From Hydrolagus colliei (taxonomy: Eukaryota), in assembly GCA_035084275.1 (NCBI GenBank), contig CM068750.1, positions 8,432,001 through 8,496,000 on the forward strand: a DNA stretch of 64,000 nt, given 5' to 3'. Numbering within the stretch: the first letter of the stretch is position 1; every line of letters begins with the position of its first letter. The notes beneath the pieces are model-generated. The model was not told the DNA's origin, searched no databases, and saw only the letters and a list, made by a program, of their open reading frames with translations. Below are positions 59,205-64,000 of this stretch, one piece after another. The position numbers were made by a program, and so were the translations under genes.

Positions 59205-59601
59205 ATTTAAAGCCCTCCACAACCTCGCCCCACCCTACATCTGTGACCTATCTCCTTACCAACCTGCCCACCCACTCTGCTCAGCAGGCCCTGGCCTGCT
59301 CCACATCCCCCAACCCACTCACCCCACCATTGGTGAAACATTGGGCGAAACTTCAACCACTCTGCCCCCGACCTCTGGAACTCCATCCCGCAGTCCCTCC
59401 ACCTCATCCCCTTTCTGGCCTCCTTCAAGTCCTGCCTCAAAACTCCTCTTTGATGGACCCATCAGCAACTCCTAATCACCACCTTCCATTCCCCCCCATC
59501 CACCCCACCCCGTCCTCAGCTCAGGTCTGAAGCATTGAATGTCCAGCACCTTGGGACATCCTAACTTGAAAGGCGCTACACAAGTGTCATTTTGTTGTTG
59601 T
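59205..59601 (+). mobile_element. L2-type LINE 3' fragment
   Basis: FKALHNLAPPYICDL motif, PRPLELHP and the tail CCTTGGGACATCC...AAAGGCGCT (TTG)n. Confidence 0.75.
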
Positions 59602-59944
59602 TAATCTGTCCTATAAACTTGCATTAAGCAATTTTCATCCGATTTTAAAGAGTTGTGCAATGCAGGATTTGTTCAGTATCTCATTTAATGTGTGAGCATA
59701 GTTCCACCCACAGTCATGCCATTTCAGCAAACAACTCAAACTGATTTTATAACTTGTTGATCTTAATTACTGGGTTTGGCAAATGCTTTAAACCAATAGG
59801 AGCCATAAACATGAGTAAGAAACCTTGACCTAAAATTTTCACAATGAGATTTGAAGAGGACAATTATTTATGTTCAAAGGTTACCTTCATTGAGGAAAAA
59901 ATATTCCTGTGGTTAATTTAAATTGTAGTTTCAAACGAGTTTTT

Positions 59945-60240
59945 AAATAATAATAATAATTCTTGCATTTGATATAGTGCTTGTCATGTCTTCTAGATTC
60001 TCAAAGAGCCTCATAGAATATACTGTATAGTGAATAATTATTAACTGACTATAAGGTTAGGGTTGGCAAAACGCAGCACAGAGTAGTGTCCCACAGACAG
60101 TCGTAGATTGAGTGACCAAATTATTACCTTTTTTTAAGGATTGTTATCCCCAGAAAAGTGATCTGCCAATCGACCAACAACAGGGTTCCTATTTACTGCT
60201 AGATAAACAAGAGTGTGGAGCAAGGAAATTTGGCCAACAT
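59945..60240 (-). mobile_element. Deu-SINE copy with an internal insertion
   Basis: (AAT)n, CTTGCATTTGATATAG, GTGTCCCACAGACAG, GTGTGGAGCAAGGAAATTTGGCC. Confidence 0.65.
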
Positions 60241-61008
60241 TACCGTCTGCCATCATAAAATTACATTACATCTAATTTTGTCAGATTAGTTTAGGTCCAA
60301 TGCAGTTACTTAGTACATACATAAAATATGAATTAATATACAAATTCAAAATAAATTAATACAACTCATTATTGTAATGTGTACTCACTACTGTATATCT
60401 ATTAGATGTTTCAAGAATACATCTGTATTTTTCGAGTCTTGAACCTGTTTACCTTACCTGCTATCAAATTCTTGAAAATTACTTCATACTGATTGAATGA
60501 GTTCATCTAAACCACAACTGACTGTTTAGACACTACAACAAACCGTTCTGGAAAATTACTTAATAAACAATTGCTTGTGCTGTGAATAAATCGTTCGATC
60601 ATGTCTGAAATTGTTAGCTGGGGAAACAAATATTGTGTTGCTTGTTCTGACTAGCCATACTTTTCCTATGACTGTGTTAAGGTGCATGACCAAACATGGT
60701 CATAGGTCGGGCTCCAGACATGTACAGCAATAAAATAGGCTGGCGGGTTTGGGAATTACCTAGGCTTGGTATCTTAACGACGTGGTGTGTTTTGAAATGT
60801 CTACATTTCCAGAAGTATAGTCAGGACAAATATGTCTATTCGAATACTGTACTTTGTCTGAAACCAAATGATGTTTTCTTTGTAGGTTTGTGGAGGTTTT
60901 AAAACATTCGACCCAGTTCTCAAAAGTGTAAGGGGATATTCCCCGCCCCTGTGTCAGAATTGTAACCCCTTTTTAACCTTTATTGTATTCGTAATTATTA
61001 CATTGGTG

Positions 61009-61174
61009 GCTCTGTTGTGAGATTCCCCCGTGGGATTAGATGACAGCAGGTATCAGAACTCATTTGTTTGTGAAACCTTCAGGAGAAGGAATACAAAAAG
61101 TTTTGTTAGATAATATGACATTTACAGTGCACTCTCAATTTACTTTGTTTGAGGGGTGGATGTGATCTACATTT
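61009..61174 (+). repeat. Direct repeat, copy A (pair of 63199-63396)
   Basis: TGGGATTAGATGACAGCAGGTATCAG...GGATGTGATCTACATTT is present twice. Confidence 0.9.
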
Positions 61175-61780
61175 GAGACTTTTAGGAAATGTTTTAAAAA
61201 GCGCTATATCATATGCAAGAATCATTATTGTTTCTAACGATTTCTATCCCAGAGGAGTCCTGTAGGGTATTGGATTGAGCAATGACTTCCTGGTAACCTA
61301 CTCCAGCTATTCATATCCACAGGGCACATTGTTCGGGTTTAAGGAGGAAACAATCAATCCTGGTTGATATCTGGAATCCCCAGACTGGAAAGTGAATTTG
61401 TGTGGTGCCCAATGAGAACTCAATTGGATTCTCTTGATATCTTGCTGAGGCTCTTTATCTGTGGTCACGCACGAAAAAAAACAATAGTCACTTTTTACTT
61501 CTGTTCATTTTGCGAACATTCTCATTGCATCTCAATGTTCATGGTCAGTGTGTAAGTGTGGGAGAGAGATTCCAGTTTATCTCTTATCTATTTACACTCC
61601 AGACGGATGCATGTGTTTTGTTTTTATTTATTTATGATGCTCACCAGTCAAATTGGTACCTACCAATAAAGACAGTGTAAACAGGTATTACTCAGACTAA
61701 ATCATACCGACTGCACCCATTTAAGGTGTGGACAAGGAGGCGGAAGGGTGAACACCTCATGGTGTGGGCTCTCTTGGGAG

Positions 61781-61788
61781 TATTTAAA
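61781..61788 (+). promoter_or_regulatory. TATA-like box upstream of PLEK2
   Basis: TATTTAAA about 60-70 nt before the start codon, with GGTGTGG (CACCC/KLF-like) motifs just upstream. Confidence 0.45.
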
Positions 61789-61848
61789 GTTCAGCCTTCA
61801 GCAGCTTGCACACTTGCAAATCGGATGTTTCACAACAATATGCAGGGA

Positions 61849-61887
61849 ATGGCTACCACAATAAAGGAAGGATTCTTGATCAAAAGG
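61849..61887 (+). CDS. PLEK2: Pleckstrin-2 coding exon 1 (an alternative in-frame ATG lies at 61840)
   Basis: MATTIKEGFLIKR|GTAAGA matches the PH-domain start KEGFLVKR. Confidence 0.85.
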
Positions 61888-62641
61888 GTAAGAGAAACTG
61901 AATTCATTCTAAGCTTTATTTTATTTTCGTTCTATGAGTTGGGAAAATATGTTTGCACCAGTCATTCTTGAATAATACAGTATATTTACAGTGCTACACT
62001 TGAAGGTAAATCAGTGGAGATTATAATAATTCTGAACAGTGAGCTTGTTTTAAAATCACTGGAACTGCATTTCATACGTTTTCCAAATGTACAGTTTTCC
62101 AAATGTACAGTTTATGTTCTCATATTCAAGGTTCAGGACTGAATCTTTTGAATATTTTGAGCGTTTTAGTTCTGTTCCCTCCCTCCCAATTTTACAAACT
62201 CCCCACACAGTTTCTTTCTCCCCTTCTCCCTCCTATTCTTCAACCAAAAGCAGCTAATTCATCGTGTCTTTTATGAAATGGGTAATTTTGTTCAAACTTC
62301 AATTTTCTACCTTTGCTATTAAACTCACACAAACGTTGCAATAGATTTCACTGAATAGGAAACATGGGTGATTCCCCCCCCCCACCACCCCCAGTCCTAC
62401 ATGCCCATACTCCAGTTAAGATCAGCAAGCACACAGAATATGAATCAAACTGGGACTTTTCAAACTCAGACTTAAGAGTTAACTGGGCCATCAATTAGAA
62501 TAAGTCACCTATTTTTTATATGTAAACATGAATACAACATTCTCCTGTAACATAAATATTCTGCTGTGAATGTGGCATTGAGAACCTTCCTGTTGTTTAC
62601 TAGACATTTTTAAAGGTGACGTTCAACTGTTTGTATTTTAG

Positions 62642-62806
62642 GGTCACATTGTTCAGAACTGGAAAGCAAGGTGGTTTGTTTTATCCAAAGATCAACTTCT
62701 TTACTATAAGATTGAACAAGGAAGGAAAGAATCTCAACCCAGAGGACAGATTCCGCTCCAGAGTTGCACTCTTGTCTGTCCCTGTGTGGATTATGAAAAC
62801 CGGCCG
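62642..62806 (+). CDS. PLEK2: Pleckstrin-2 exon 2 (N-terminal PH domain); the gene continues beyond the window
   Basis: tttag| GHIVQNWKARWFVLSKDQLLYYKIEQGRKESQPRGQIPLQSCTLVCPCVDYENRP |GTAAGA; compare PLEK2 GHIVHNWKARWF...CPCLEYENRP. Confidence 0.92.
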
Positions 62807-63198
62807 GTAAGAACTATGAGGAGTGATAGTATCTTTATGTGGACGCCAGTGCCTATGAAACTTTTTCTCTGATTTATTGTGACTTCAAAGATTAAGGATC
62901 ATTTAATGAAGGATCTTATTTTATTTGCTCGTCTTCTCTTGCCTGAGCTGTTTACATTTAATTTTAGTTTGAGACTAATTTTAACAAAGAACAGTCTGAT
63001 ATCTGAGGCATTGAACATCTCATAAAAGCTGTTATCGGATTCCAAGTAAACCTTCCCAGCTGTTAAATGATAGGAGTAAAGTGTAACTCTTTAAGAGTTA
63101 ATAGATGTCAGGCATACAAGAGAACTGATTATATATGTTTCTTAGCATCGCTGGGCTAGGGACGGGGAAATATGGTCATCTCGTTAGAAAAGGATCGA

Positions 63199-63396
63199 GC
63201 TCTGATGTGAGACCCCACTGTGGGATTAGATGACAGCAGGTATCAGTACTCATTTGTTTGTGAAACCTTCTCCCAACATTAATGGATGCCTTCAGGAGAA
63301 GGAACACAAAAAGTCTTGTTGGATAATATGACATTTACAGTGTACTTTCAATTTGCTTTGTTTGATGGTGGGTGAGGGGTGGATGTGATCTACATT
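63199..63396 (+). repeat. Direct repeat, copy B
   Basis: Longer copy of 61009-61174. Confidence 0.9.
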
Positions 63397-63766
63397 TTCC
63401 TATAAGAAAGCAGGATACAGACTGTTGTTGTGTTGTCCTCTGTGTTTTCAACAAACTTAGCTGTGGAATATAAATCCAAGAGATGTTCTAGGCAGTGTGA
63501 AAGCTCAGCCACCAGGAGACGCAGCGAGCTTTGTTACAGTGCTGTACTGAGTACTATGCAGTTCTGTACTGTATATCCATTCCCTCGTTTCCAAAATAGC
63601 ATATTTGTTCATGTTAATGTTACTGGCCTTTAGAGACCAAAAGGAAAAGGAACCTTGTGCCAGATAAGAGTGCAATATTCTACACAGGATGTTAGTGTTC
63701 AGACTGACAACACAGTACTAAGTGATTATTGGCATTTGAAATTCATTCCAAACCATTGAATCATAC

Positions 63767-63922
63767 AACAACAACAACAACAACTTTGATTTATATAGCG
63801 CCCTCCATGCTGGATGGCGTCTCAGAGCGCTTCACAGTAACAGATCCTGGGGGGCGAGCCAGGGGCAGGGGGAGAAAGGTGACCGAAGGCGCGGTCGAAG
63901 AGAAAGGTCTTTAGCCGAGACC
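63767..63922 (-). mobile_element. L2-type LINE 3' end
   Basis: (CAA)n followed by GATTTATATAGCGCCCTCCATG...; homologous to 8690-8819. Confidence 0.7.
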
Positions 63923-64000
63923 TGTAACTGGCAATAATCATGTGGCTACAATACAAACTGTCAATACAGGATAGAACTTTGTCACACAAAAAAACAAGAA

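Overview
This is eukaryotic (vertebrate) genomic DNA, AT-rich with compact introns. The repeat content (Deu-domain tRNA-SINEs, L2/CR1 LINE remnants, a palindromic element of the type I recall from sharks) suggests a cartilaginous fish, possibly a holocephalan; that assignment is inference. I rebuilt four spliced genes by hand from GT-AG boundaries with consistent phase. PALS1/MPP5 (+) has 13 coding exons and 675 aa. ATP6V1D (-) has 9 exons and 246 aa. EIF2S1 (+) has a non-coding exon 1, 7 coding exons and 315 aa. PLEK2 (+) is represented by its first two coding exons and runs off the window. The order matches the human 14q23-24 block, but PLEK2 here is co-directional with EIF2S1, whereas I recall the human pair being tail-to-tail. 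Most ORFs in the supplied track are spurious. I found no convincing wholly new biological system. The best leads are the PLEK2 orientation, a perfect 42-bp hairpin in ATP6V1D intron 2, a dense uORF cluster in the PALS1 leader, inverted SINEs that could circularise the PALS1 start/L27 exons, the ATP6V1D/EIF2S1 bidirectional promoter, and several template-switch or duplication scars.
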